Assembly (NCBI GenBank): GCA_021801265.1
Contig: JAJYYE010000012.1
Coordinates: 24,548 to 88,547, forward strand
Reading direction: 5' to 3'
DNA length: 64,000 nucleotides
Source of the DNA: Pseudomonadota bacterium
Lineage (GTDB): Bacteria; Pseudomonadota; Gammaproteobacteria; Halothiobacillales; Halothiobacillaceae
In this document: in pieces, positions 51,203-59,648 of the stretch
How the letters are laid out: each line of letters begins with the position of its first letter
Position numbering within the stretch: the first letter of the stretch is position 1
Notes under the pieces: generated by a model
The model's input: only the letters and a program-made list of their open reading frames with translations
What the model was told of the DNA's origin: nothing
Database searches by the model: none
Position numbers and translations under genes: made by a program

Positions 51203-51308
51203 TCAGTATTTCTTGGGTCGTTCCTCGTTGTATTCATGCCTTCGGTATTCCTGTACAACCTTGGCGTGCGTCAGACTGATGAAGCAGTGCTCGTTCAGGC
51301 ACTCACCC
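51203..51308 (-). pseudogene. C-terminal piece of an older IS3/IS407-type transposase, split by the IS at 51309-52514
   Basis: The minus strand encodes ...[33 protein letters not shown]-stop. Confidence 0.6.
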
Positions 51309-51376
51309 CGACGCCTCCCCCAAATTGAGTAGCAACCGGAATTAGAGTCCAATCCCAACCATGCAGGAGATTGGAC

Positions 51377-51640
51377 ATGAAGAAGCGTTTTAGTGAAGAG
51401 CAGATCATTGGCTTCCTGCGAGAGGCCGAAACGGGCCTACCGATTAAGGAGCTGTGTCGTCGGCACGGTTTTTCCGAAGCGAGCGACTACCTGTGGCGCA
51501 GCAAGTTTGGTGGCATGGATGTGTCGGATGCCAAGCGGTTGAAGGCACTGGAGGCTGAGAACACCCGTCTGAAGAAGTTGCTCGCCGAATCCATGTTGGA
51601 AATTGAAGTGACCCGCGAGGCATTACGAAAAAAGTGGTGA
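51377..51640 (+). CDS. IS3-family transposase orfA
   Basis: [47 protein letters not shown]... is a typical IS407-group OrfA with an HTH and a leucine zipper. Confidence 0.85.
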   Translation: MKKRFSEEQIIGFLREAETGLPIKELCRRHGFSEASDYLWRSKFGGMDVSDAKRLKALEAENTRLKKLLAESMLEIEVTREALRKKW

Positions 51641-52482
51641 CGGCACCAGCACGCCGTGAACTGGTGCGTCACCTGACGGGTCAGGGGTTGAGCGAACGGC
51701 ATGCCCTGCGTGTCATTGGCATGAGTGCCAGCGCCTATCGCTATTGCCCCGCACCTGATCGCAATCAGACCCTGCGGGAAGAAATTGTGGCATTGGCCCA
51801 TCGGCACCGTCGCTATGGCTCAGGCATGATCTACCTGAAGTTGCGCCAGTCGGGACAACAGATCAATCACAAGCGCGTTGAGCGCTTGTATGCCGAGACG
51901 GGCCTACAGGTGCGGCGGCGCCGACGCAAGAAGGTGCCGGTGTCTGACCGTCAGCCATTGGGCCGGCCTCAGGCCGCCAACCAAGTCTGGTCGATGGATT
52001 TCGTATTCGATCGCACGGCCGAAGGCCGTGTGATCAAGTGCCTGACGATCGTGGACGACGCCACACACGAAGCTGTGGCCATCGTGCCGGAGCGCGCCAT
52101 TGGCGGGCACATGCTGACACGCATACTGGATCCTCTGGCCATGCAGCGAGGCTTTCCTCATGCGATCCGCACCGACAACGGCAAGGAGTTCTGCGGTCGA
52201 GCCATGCTGACCTGGGCACACCAGCGTGGCGTGAAGTTGTTTCTGATCGAGCCGGGCAAGCCCAATCAGAACGCGTACATCGAATCCTTCAACGGACGTT
52301 TGCGGGATGAGTGCCTGAACGAGCACTGGTTTGTCAGCTTGGCCCACGCCAAGGTGATGATTGAAGCTTGGCGACGGGAATACAACGAGGAACGACCGAA
52401 GAAATCACTGGGTGGTCTGACGCCTTCAGCCTACGCCAGACAACTGGCCGGAAAATCGGCTACATTACCCCTTGGACTCTAA
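51634..52482 (+). CDS. IS3-family transposase orfB (expressed by -1 frameshift as OrfAB)
   Basis: WSMDFVFD...[11 protein letters not shown]...[31 protein letters not shown]...[15 protein letters not shown]. Confidence 0.9.
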   Translation: MVTAPARRELVRHLTGQGLSERHALRVIGMSASAYRYCPAPDRNQTLREEIVALAHRHRRYGSGMIYLKLRQSGQQINHKRVERLYAETGLQVRRRRRKKVPVSDRQPLGRPQAANQVWSMDFVFDRTAEGRVIKCLTIVDDATHEAVAIVPERAIGGHMLTRILDPLAMQRGFPHAIRTDNGKEFCGRAMLTWAHQRGVKLFLIEPGKPNQNAYIESFNGRLRDECLNEHWFVSLAHAKVMIEAWRREYNEERPKKSLGGLTPSAYARQLAGKSATLPLGL

Positions 52483-52514
52483 AGCCAAGTGCTACTGAAA
52501 ACGGAGGGACGTCG

Positions 52515-52715
52515 ACCCATCAACTCGGTTGTAGTAACATTTTGATCATACAAGCCTGATAGGCTGATGACCTGCCAACCTGGGGCCGTACCCATGAGCG
52601 ATGGAACGCCGTTTCCAAAATCTGAAATTGAATGATTCATGGAAGAGAAAATTTCACTGGTTATGGGGATGATCCGAGATGGCGTTATCGGCCCAAGCTC
52701 TGACAAATACACCAA
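52515..52715 (-). pseudogene. Upstream piece of the older, degraded transposase interrupted by the IS
   Basis: The minus-strand translation ...ISDFGNGVPS...LSGLYDQNVTTTELMG is weakly colinear with the DNG..EF...PG.P.QN...E.FNG region of IS3 OrfB. Very degenerate. Confidence 0.35.
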
Positions 52716-53092
52716 AACGCCTTGATAAAATCGAAGCCCGACTTAAAGAGCTGAATGCATACGGGGATATCACAAATCACCCTCTTTAGGCGAAGCTGAT
52801 AAAGCGCACCGCACACCGAAACCATTACCGTCGCAGTGGATCCTCCTGCTGTCGAATACTCTGCACTTCTCCTGTCATCACACTCCGCCCTCGCACATGC
52901 TGCAGCGTATGCTTCAAATTCTCGACCATCAGATTCCTCACGACACTCACTACCTTTAGCTGCTTTCGGCTTCCGTAATCGACCAATCCAAATCACTGCG
53001 AAAAATACAGCGACGCAAACAATGGAAAAAACCAATGCTGCTGCCAACTCTGCAAACGGACGAATAAACCATAACCAGAATGCGTTTCCCAT
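52685..53092 (-). CDS. Hypothetical small membrane protein
   Basis: AGGAGG lies 6 nt upstream of the ATG at 53092. One strong TM segment (LAAALVFSIVCVAVFFAVIWI). The C-terminal part runs into IS debris, so the true end is uncertain. Confidence 0.3.
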   Translation of the reverse strand: MGNAFWLWFIRPFAELAAALVFSIVCVAVFFAVIWIGRLRKPKAAKGSECREESDGREFEAYAAACARAECDDRRSAEYSTAGGSTATVMVSVCGALYQLRLKRVICDIPVCIQLFKSGFDFIKAFWCICQSLGR

Positions 53093-53437
53093 CACTGACC
53101 TCCTGTCCCGTCTAAAATGCACCAAGAGCAAGCAGCGCGCTCTAAAAAGTGATCAAGTTATACAATTGGACGACGACTGTGTTGATGTGTCTCCTTTTCT
53201 CGTAATGCGTTAGCGTAACTTTTACATTCGTTATCAATTCAGGCATATCGCTTCCGTTCTGGTATGGATCATCGTAACACGGCAGCACCAATCTGGTGCG
53301 CGAAACCTATCGCTAAATTACAAAATATTCTATTTAAAACAGAATGTTGTAGTCAATTTTCAGACATGGCATTTAGTTTGCTATATACAGTTCATGAAAC
53401 AAATATTCGTAAGTGACACTCAGCAAGTCAGCACATC

Positions 53438-53845
53438 ATGAACGCCCCCCTTTTTCACATGGTCGCGGATGCGCCGATCCCCGTAGCACCGTTCAGCCAC
53501 GCAGTCGAAGCAAATGGCTGGGTGCTTGTGACCGGGCAATTGCCTATCGATCCGGACGACGATAGTACCCCGCTTCCCGAGGGCATCGAGGCGCAGACGC
53601 ATAAGGTGTTCGGAAATCTAATGCGCGTGCTACACGGCCTAAATCTAAGTCTTGAGCATGTCCTGAGTGCGCGCGTGTTCCTCACGGATTTCCACACCGA
53701 TTACCAGGCCATGAATATGGTCTACGCCAGTTATTTCCCGCCCGACCGCCGGCCTGCACGAACCTGTGTCGGCGTGACTGGGCTCGCGCGTGCTGCGCGT
53801 GTTGAAATCGACTTTATCGCGCGACGTCCACAACACGTTCGCTGA
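53438..53845 (+). CDS. RidA/YjgF/RutC-family enamine/imine deaminase
   Basis: PFSHAVEANGWVLVTGQLPIDP...ARVFLTDF...YFPPDRRPARTCVGV...ARVEIDFIA. Confidence 0.85.
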   Translation: MNAPLFHMVADAPIPVAPFSHAVEANGWVLVTGQLPIDPDDDSTPLPEGIEAQTHKVFGNLMRVLHGLNLSLEHVLSARVFLTDFHTDYQAMNMVYASYFPPDRRPARTCVGVTGLARAARVEIDFIARRPQHVR

Positions 53846-53931
53846 ACCATCGCCTGTCTGTCGGCGACGTCCGGATGCACCGGTGCCGCCGATGTGCAAT
53901 CCACTGTGTCAATCATTCCGGGAGATCAACC

Positions 53932-54825
53932 ATGAGTATTGTCTTTGCAAAATCCCAGCGCCAGCTACTGTCTGCAGCGCTGTTTGTTTCCCTACTACCG
54001 GCGCTGCCAGTCACCACGCAGGCGGCCGATCTTGGGAGTTCACAGGTTTGCCAAGCACTGCAAACCAAATATCCGCAGTTCAAAGGAAAAACGCTTGTCG
54101 ATGCAATCAATCCTCATACGCCAGGCTATGAGGCGCTTGACCCGAAAGACCCGAGCAAATATGTCGGTTTAGATATTGACCTAGCAGAAGCGCTCGGGAG
54201 TTGCCTGGGCTTCTCCCTGAAATACACGCCGGTCGCGTTTGCGGCATTACTGCCAACCCTGCAAAGCGGCCAAGCCGACCTCGTGATTTCTGACATCTAC
54301 GCGACGAAGGAGCGCGCCAAAGCCGCCGACTTCATCACCTATTCAAAGGTCTTCGATGGCGTGCTCGTCGCCAAGGGTAATCCGAAGAATATCACCGGAA
54401 TCAACCTGTCGATGTGCGGTACAACCGCAGCAGAGAACACTGGATTCGTTGAGGTTCCATTGGTGCAGAACTTGGCAGCGCCATGTAAAGCCGCCGGGAA
54501 ACCCGTTCCGCAACTGCAGCTCTATGATAACAATGCCTCCTGCATTCAGGCCATTCTCGCCGGGCGTGCGGACACCTATATCAACGACGTGAATACGGTC
54601 GACCAAGCGGTCAAGGCTTACCCGGACAAACTCAGCAAGGCGGCTGCCGTCACACTTCCTTATCACATCGGTATCGGTGTATCTAAGGACAACCCCGAGC
54701 TGCGCGACGCCATTGTCCTTGCGCTTGGTGAAATTCAGAAATCCGGGTTGCAACTTGATTTGATGAAAAAGTGGGGGTTAAACCAAGGAGCGATCGAGCC
54801 GCCAACCATCATCAGCGATAAGTAA
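53932..54825 (+). CDS. Polar amino-acid ABC transporter substrate-binding protein
   Basis: Signal peptide MSIVFAKSQRQLLSAALFVSLLPALPVTTQA, then a type-3 SBP pattern (GLDIDLAEAL...LQSGQADLVISDI). Confidence 0.85.
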   Translation: MSIVFAKSQRQLLSAALFVSLLPALPVTTQAADLGSSQVCQALQTKYPQFKGKTLVDAINPHTPGYEALDPKDPSKYVGLDIDLAEALGSCLGFSLKYTPVAFAALLPTLQSGQADLVISDIYATKERAKAADFITYSKVFDGVLVAKGNPKNITGINLSMCGTTAAENTGFVEVPLVQNLAAPCKAAGKPVPQLQLYDNNASCIQAILAGRADTYINDVNTVDQAVKAYPDKLSKAAAVTLPYHIGIGVSKDNPELRDAIVLALGEIQKSGLQLDLMKKWGLNQGAIEPPTIISDK

Positions 54826-54842
54826 GTCAAGCGGAGACTACG

Positions 54843-56447
54843 GTGGATCTCTTCTTCCATTATTTGACGTTAGATTACCTGCTCAAGGGTATTGTCCTGA
54901 CCTTGGAGGTCACTACGCTAGGGCTTGTTGGTGGCTTTGCCATTGGCATAGTTCTAGCCGCGATGCTGCTATCTCGCCATCGCTGGATTTCCGTGGTGGC
55001 AAGGACCTATACCGTAATCTTCCGCGGTACGCCACTCATCCTGCAGATGGTATTCGTCTATGACGCGCTGCCACACCTCGGGATAATGCTCAGTGCGCTG
55101 GTCGCCGGCGGCGTCGCACTGGCACTCAATGAAGCACCCTTCATCGCGGAAATTTTACGTGCGGGCATTCGTGGCGTCGATCGTGGCCAGAGTGATGCTG
55201 GCCAGGCGCTGGGCATGTCGTCGTTTGTATTGATGAAGCGAATTATCGCGCCTCAGGCAATACGCACGATGATTCCAGCCTTCGGCAATGAAGGCGTAAA
55301 CGCGTTGAAAAACTCTTCACTCGCTTCCTTCATTTCGGTTCAGGAATTGACACTTCGAAGTACGCAGTTGGCGTCATCCACTTTCGACTTCTTCTCTGTC
55401 TTTTTTGCCTCCGGCCTTCTTTACCTGATGTTGACGGGTGGTGTGTCTGCTATTCAGCTCTTCGCCGAACGGGCACTCGACCTAGACCGACCTCGGGGCA
55501 AGGGAAAGATACTTATGTATCTATTGCCTTGGCGTAGATACGCTGAGGAAGCTCCACCGTCGAAAGCGCCGACCGTTTCAGACGGGGTGGAGGTGTCGGA
55601 ACCTCTTGTTACACCGACTCGTGAAGCACGTATGACTAGGCTGACCAACCTCGCCAAAGGGCCGATCGCTGTTGAAATCCATGATCTAACTAAATGCTAT
55701 GGCTCTCGTCAGGTATTCGGTGATTTGAACTTGCAAGTCCGCACAGGCGAAATCGTTGCACTTCTTGGCCCGAGCGGTTCGGGGAAAAGCACGTTGCTCC
55801 GCTGCATCAATCGCCTCGAAACCTGGGATTCGGGTGATGTGTTGATTGGCGGTCGCCGGGTCGGATACTCATCTGGCGGTATAGTGCTGTCGCCAAGCGA
55901 AGTGGCAAGGCAACGTGTTGATGTTGGTGTTGGCATGCTGTTTCAGCATTTCAATCTATTCGCTCACCTGTCCGCAGCCGAGAACATCGCCGGACCCTTG
56001 CGCTGGGTGCATGGCTGGTCGCAAGAGGCCGCCGCACAGCGGGCACAGGAACTGCTTGATCGCGTCGGCCTCGGCGATCGAGCCGACACACTGCCGCGTC
56101 ATCTGTCCGGTGGGCAGCAGCAACGCGTGGCAATCGCACGGGCGATCGCTCCAGGAGCCAAACTGCTTTTGCTAGACGAACCTACCTCAGCTCTGGATCC
56201 GGAAATGGTCGGTGAAGTTCTGGAGGTCATTCGCAGGCTCGCCATCGAGGACAAGCTCACGATGATCATTTCCACCCATCAATTGCGGTTCGCTGAGGAA
56301 GTTGCCGACCGTGTTGTCTTTCTCACGGATGGCAATATCGTTGAGGATGGCCCGGCCCATGAGGTCCTCAGCCATCCACGCAATCCGCTGACAGCTCGCT
56401 TCATTCGCGTGATGAATTCCGGCCAAACTTCGGCTGTTGCACTATGA
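54843..56447 (+). CDS. Fused amino-acid ABC transporter permease / ATP-binding protein
   Basis: N-terminal HisM/GlnP-type permease (EAA-like ALNEAPFIAEILRAGIRGVDRGQSDAGQALGM) fused to an NBD ([38 protein letters not shown]). Confidence 0.85.
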   Translation: MDLFFHYLTLDYLLKGIVLTLEVTTLGLVGGFAIGIVLAAMLLSRHRWISVVARTYTVIFRGTPLILQMVFVYDALPHLGIMLSALVAGGVALALNEAPFIAEILRAGIRGVDRGQSDAGQALGMSSFVLMKRIIAPQAIRTMIPAFGNEGVNALKNSSLASFISVQELTLRSTQLASSTFDFFSVFFASGLLYLMLTGGVSAIQLFAERALDLDRPRGKGKILMYLLPWRRYAEEAPPSKAPTVSDGVEVSEPLVTPTREARMTRLTNLAKGPIAVEIHDLTKCYGSRQVFGDLNLQVRTGEIVALLGPSGSGKSTLLRCINRLETWDSGDVLIGGRRVGYSSGGIVLSPSEVARQRVDVGVGMLFQHFNLFAHLSAAENIAGPLRWVHGWSQEAAAQRAQELLDRVGLGDRADTLPRHLSGGQQQRVAIARAIAPGAKLLLLDEPTSALDPEMVGEVLEVIRRLAIEDKLTMIISTHQLRFAEEVADRVVFLTDGNIVEDGPAHEVLSHPRNPLTARFIRVMNSGQTSAVAL

Positions 56448-56686
56448 CCAATGAGCCGAAGTGGGGATGGGCAATCAGGGTCAACTGGCGCACAGATTTC
56501 GCTGCAAGCTCACGCGGCCGCATCAGTATATCGCCGACATATGCATCGCGCTCGCGACAATTTCCGCCGCGCTTTGTGTACTTGTCCCATCGACGAGCAT
56601 GCGAGCGGTTCACGCTCGCCGATGGGCACTGAGGCCGCGCAGGGTATCTTTTCGATTTAGCTTATTCAACAACGAGGAAGCCGTCC

Positions 56687-57724
56687 ATGTTTTATGAACT
56701 GCCAGCAACACTTGCAACTGTGCACTGGGGTTACTTTGATGCGGGCCTCGCCCCGGCCTTACGCGTCAAAAGTGGAGACTTTATCCGCGCCGAGGCCGTG
56801 ACGCACCAAGCGGGTGACGCGCCTGAATTGATGATGGATGATGCCATAAGGTTGCTTTACTCAAGTATCCCTGAAAATGATCGGAATCCGGGCGTACATC
56901 TGATGACTGGCCCAATTTACGTGGAAGATGCGCAACCGGGTGACATGCTTGAGGTTCGTTATCTGCAAATGTTGCCGCGCTTTCGATATGGATCAAACCT
57001 CGCTGCTCACTGGGGTCTCCTCTACAAGGAGATGGGCGAGAAGGAGCGCGTGACGATCTATCAGATCGATCCTGACTGCAACACTGCCCACGCCCTTTAC
57101 GCGTATAACTATCCAGGGAAATATACAGTTCCAGGTAAGATCACCAAACGCGGAACTTGCAACTGCGAACCAGCATTGAACGGTGTATGGGTGCCCGTGC
57201 GCCCGCACTTGGGTACGGCCGGCGTTGCGCCAGACGCCATGGGCCGGGTGAGTACGATCCCCCCCGGTGCGCACGGTGGCAATATCGACAACTGGCGTAT
57301 TGGTGCCGGGGCCACGATGTACTACCCGGTTGCAGTACCCGGTGCACTGTTCTCGATTGGCGACCCCCATATCTCGCAAGGCGACGGCGAGATCAGTGGC
57401 ACCGCGATTGAGGCTTCGCTGAATGTGATGTTCCAAATCGTGTTGCGCAAGGACTTTCATTTTCCTTCGCCGCTGCTTGAAACAGCGGACACATGGATCG
57501 TGCACGGTTTCGATGAAGACCTCGATGTCGCGATGAAAAACGCGGCGAAGGACATGCTCCATCTGCTTGTCGACAAGCATGACCTGAGTCGCGACGACGC
57601 GTATTCGCTGATGAGTGTCAGCGCTGACTTTGGCGTCACTCAGGTCGTTGACGGGCGCCAAGGCGTGCACTGCAAGATGCAGCGTGGGATCTTCCCGGTG
57701 CGGTCGACGAATAAAGGGACTTAG
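56687..57724 (+). CDS. Acetamidase/formamidase-family amidohydrolase
   Basis: LATVHWGYFDAGLAPALRVKSGDFI... and ...GGNIDNWRIGAGATMYYPV...FSIGDPHISQGDGEISGTAIE. Confidence 0.85.
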   Translation: MFYELPATLATVHWGYFDAGLAPALRVKSGDFIRAEAVTHQAGDAPELMMDDAIRLLYSSIPENDRNPGVHLMTGPIYVEDAQPGDMLEVRYLQMLPRFRYGSNLAAHWGLLYKEMGEKERVTIYQIDPDCNTAHALYAYNYPGKYTVPGKITKRGTCNCEPALNGVWVPVRPHLGTAGVAPDAMGRVSTIPPGAHGGNIDNWRIGAGATMYYPVAVPGALFSIGDPHISQGDGEISGTAIEASLNVMFQIVLRKDFHFPSPLLETADTWIVHGFDEDLDVAMKNAAKDMLHLLVDKHDLSRDDAYSLMSVSADFGVTQVVDGRQGVHCKMQRGIFPVRSTNKGT

Positions 57725-57848
57725 GTTTTCTACCCAGTCCTTCCATTAATGCCCTCATGAGATAAAAAATCTCGAGCATCTGTTCTCGCCTATAACGAAT
57801 TGTTCACGACATTAATGGACTGTTTACGACTTTAATTGTTCAGAACAC

Positions 57849-59600
57849 TTAAGCCATCATCTGTACAAAGCTTTGCCGATGGAATTGGTACAACCACGTT
57901 TCGCTAATCACCTTGCCATTCAGTGTCAGCACACCATTCAACTCGATCGGCGCATCGCTATCAATAAAGAAATCGAATTGCGTCAGCCAGCGCGGTGTAC
58001 CAGCAACCCAATCAATGCTCATATTATCGGCTTTGCCAGAAGAACTCGACACCGTAAACACGGCATCTTTCGGCTGGTGGCCTTGAAAAAGCGTACTGTC
58101 CCATTCAATCACAAGCTTAACGGTATTGGCAGGGCGCGAACCACCAAAATTCCCCCCTGGCCCCGCCCGCAAGGCAACTACGCGGGCTAATTGGCCATGG
58201 GGGAAAAATGGCTCGTGCTCTGTCCAGTACAAGCGGTATTTAAAGGTTAACGAAGATCCTGCCAAGGCCGGGCCATTGACTTGCCAGAATGCCACTACGT
58301 TATCGAAGGTTTCATCGTTGGTCGGAATTTCAATCAAGGTCACTGAGCCCTTGCCCCAATCACTATTGCCCTTGCTATCGACGAGCGGCTCGACCCACAC
58401 TGAAGGCCGTTTTTCATAGCCGACGCCATCAAGATAATGTGACGCATCCCGATCACGCTGCATCAGACCAAAACCTCGAGGATGCTGATCGATAAAGGCG
58501 GAGTATGCCAAACTGGGCGGATTCGCTAATGGGCGTGCAAGGTGTTCGTTATCACTACGCCACATCACCAGCGTATCGGAATCATGCACTTCTGGCCGCC
58601 ATCCTCGCAGGTGGCTGTTCGGGGTTTCGCTGTACCAAAACATCGAAGTCAGGGGGGCAACCCCTAACTGATCAATGGTTTTACGAATGAATAAATTCTT
58701 TTCAATCACCATTTCGGTATCGCCATCAAAGCGTAACTCAAACCGATAGGCACCGGTAATGGACGGCCCATCCAGTAAGGCATACACCACCACGGGATCC
58801 CCTTCGTTCAGCGCTGGCTCAAACCAGAATGCCCGAAAATCAGGGAATTCTTCACCCTGAGGTAAACCGGTATTAATTGCGATACCCCGTGCCGACATAC
58901 CCACTTGCCCTTGACGGGAAATGGCGCGGAAGTAACTCGCGCCCTGAAAGGTCGCCCAAGGCTCGGTTTTGATCCAATCACCCAAGCGACGCGACCGTTG
59001 TATCCAAAAACCTGAAATACCCGACTGGCCCGCAGGCACTTGTCTGAGTGGGCTATCGGTCGGCATGGAGAAGTATTCTGGGCGATACTCGATTTCGCGG
59101 GCGCGGTCACCCTCTACGACACTCATGGCCACTGACTTCATGAAATACTCACCCAAGGGCCGGAAGGTGATGGGATATACCGAGCCTGAATTCCCCCACA
59201 GGGCATCGTCCGGATTGAAATTGATCTTGCCTGCCGCATCGTAATTAATCGTTTTTATCGCATCTGGCACGGGTGACGGTGGTGCCTGATAGGGGGCTTT
59301 AGCCATCTCCTCAGCTTTGAAAATCAACGATTTATAGGAAAACTGCTTAGGTGCCGCAAAACTCAAGCCCACCTGGGGTGCAGCCACAGCAGGGGCTCCG
59401 GTGGCCTTAGGGGCGGTCGTCGCAGCCGAACCACCCGCTGTGCCATTGGCCGAGGCATCGGCAGCATACACTTCAGGAAACCCCAAGGCGGCCAAGCCCG
59501 TGAGGTTGGCTAAACTGAATAAAAATGCCCGACGAGTGAATTCTGATTGGGGCAGTGTTTCACTTGGCAGGTTTTTCAAGGGTTCGGGCTGAATTTTCAT
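57849..59600 (-). CDS. opgD: Periplasmic glucan biosynthesis protein OpgD (Tat-exported MdoD)
   Basis: Twin-arginine leader (FTRRAFLFSLANLTGLAALG) plus an MdoG-family body. Confidence 0.85.
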   Translation of the reverse strand: MKIQPEPLKNLPSETLPQSEFTRRAFLFSLANLTGLAALGFPEVYAADASANGTAGGSAATTAPKATGAPAVAAPQVGLSFAAPKQFSYKSLIFKAEEMAKAPYQAPPSPVPDAIKTINYDAAGKINFNPDDALWGNSGSVYPITFRPLGEYFMKSVAMSVVEGDRAREIEYRPEYFSMPTDSPLRQVPAGQSGISGFWIQRSRRLGDWIKTEPWATFQGASYFRAISRQGQVGMSARGIAINTGLPQGEEFPDFRAFWFEPALNEGDPVVVYALLDGPSITGAYRFELRFDGDTEMVIEKNLFIRKTIDQLGVAPLTSMFWYSETPNSHLRGWRPEVHDSDTLVMWRSDNEHLARPLANPPSLAYSAFIDQHPRGFGLMQRDRDASHYLDGVGYEKRPSVWVEPLVDSKGNSDWGKGSVTLIEIPTNDETFDNVVAFWQVNGPALAGSSLTFKYRLYWTEHEPFFPHGQLARVVALRAGPGGNFGGSRPANTVKLVIEWDSTLFQGHQPKDAVFTVSSSSGKADNMSIDWVAGTPRWLTQFDFFIDSDAPIELNGVLTLNGKVISETWLYQFHRQSFVQMMA

Positions 59601-59648
59601 GACACATTCTCAAACAAAAAAATAAAAAAGGACAACGATTCCGCACGA

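Larger units (their letters stand above)
51309..52514 (+). mobile_element. Apparently intact IS3-family (IS407-group-like) insertion sequence
   Basis: Inverted ends CGACGCCTCCCCCAAATTGAGTAGCAA / GTGCTACTGAAAACGGAGGGACGTCG. 4-bp flanking direct repeat ACCC (51305-51308 and 52515-52518). orfA/orfB with an A-AAA-AAG site at 51628-51634. Confidence 0.8.

Noticed and set aside
56993-57670. 225-aa ORF antisense to the formamidase gene
   Set aside because: This is a shadow ORF in GC-rich coding DNA. The plus-strand frame has clear acetamidase/formamidase motifs. The same reasoning rejects 34299-35009 (antisense to nasC), 35894-36460 and 36579-37058 (antisense to cysG), 17759-18271 (antisense to the permease), 3565-4017 (antisense to recC), 26428-27018, 27478-27954 and 51904-52347.
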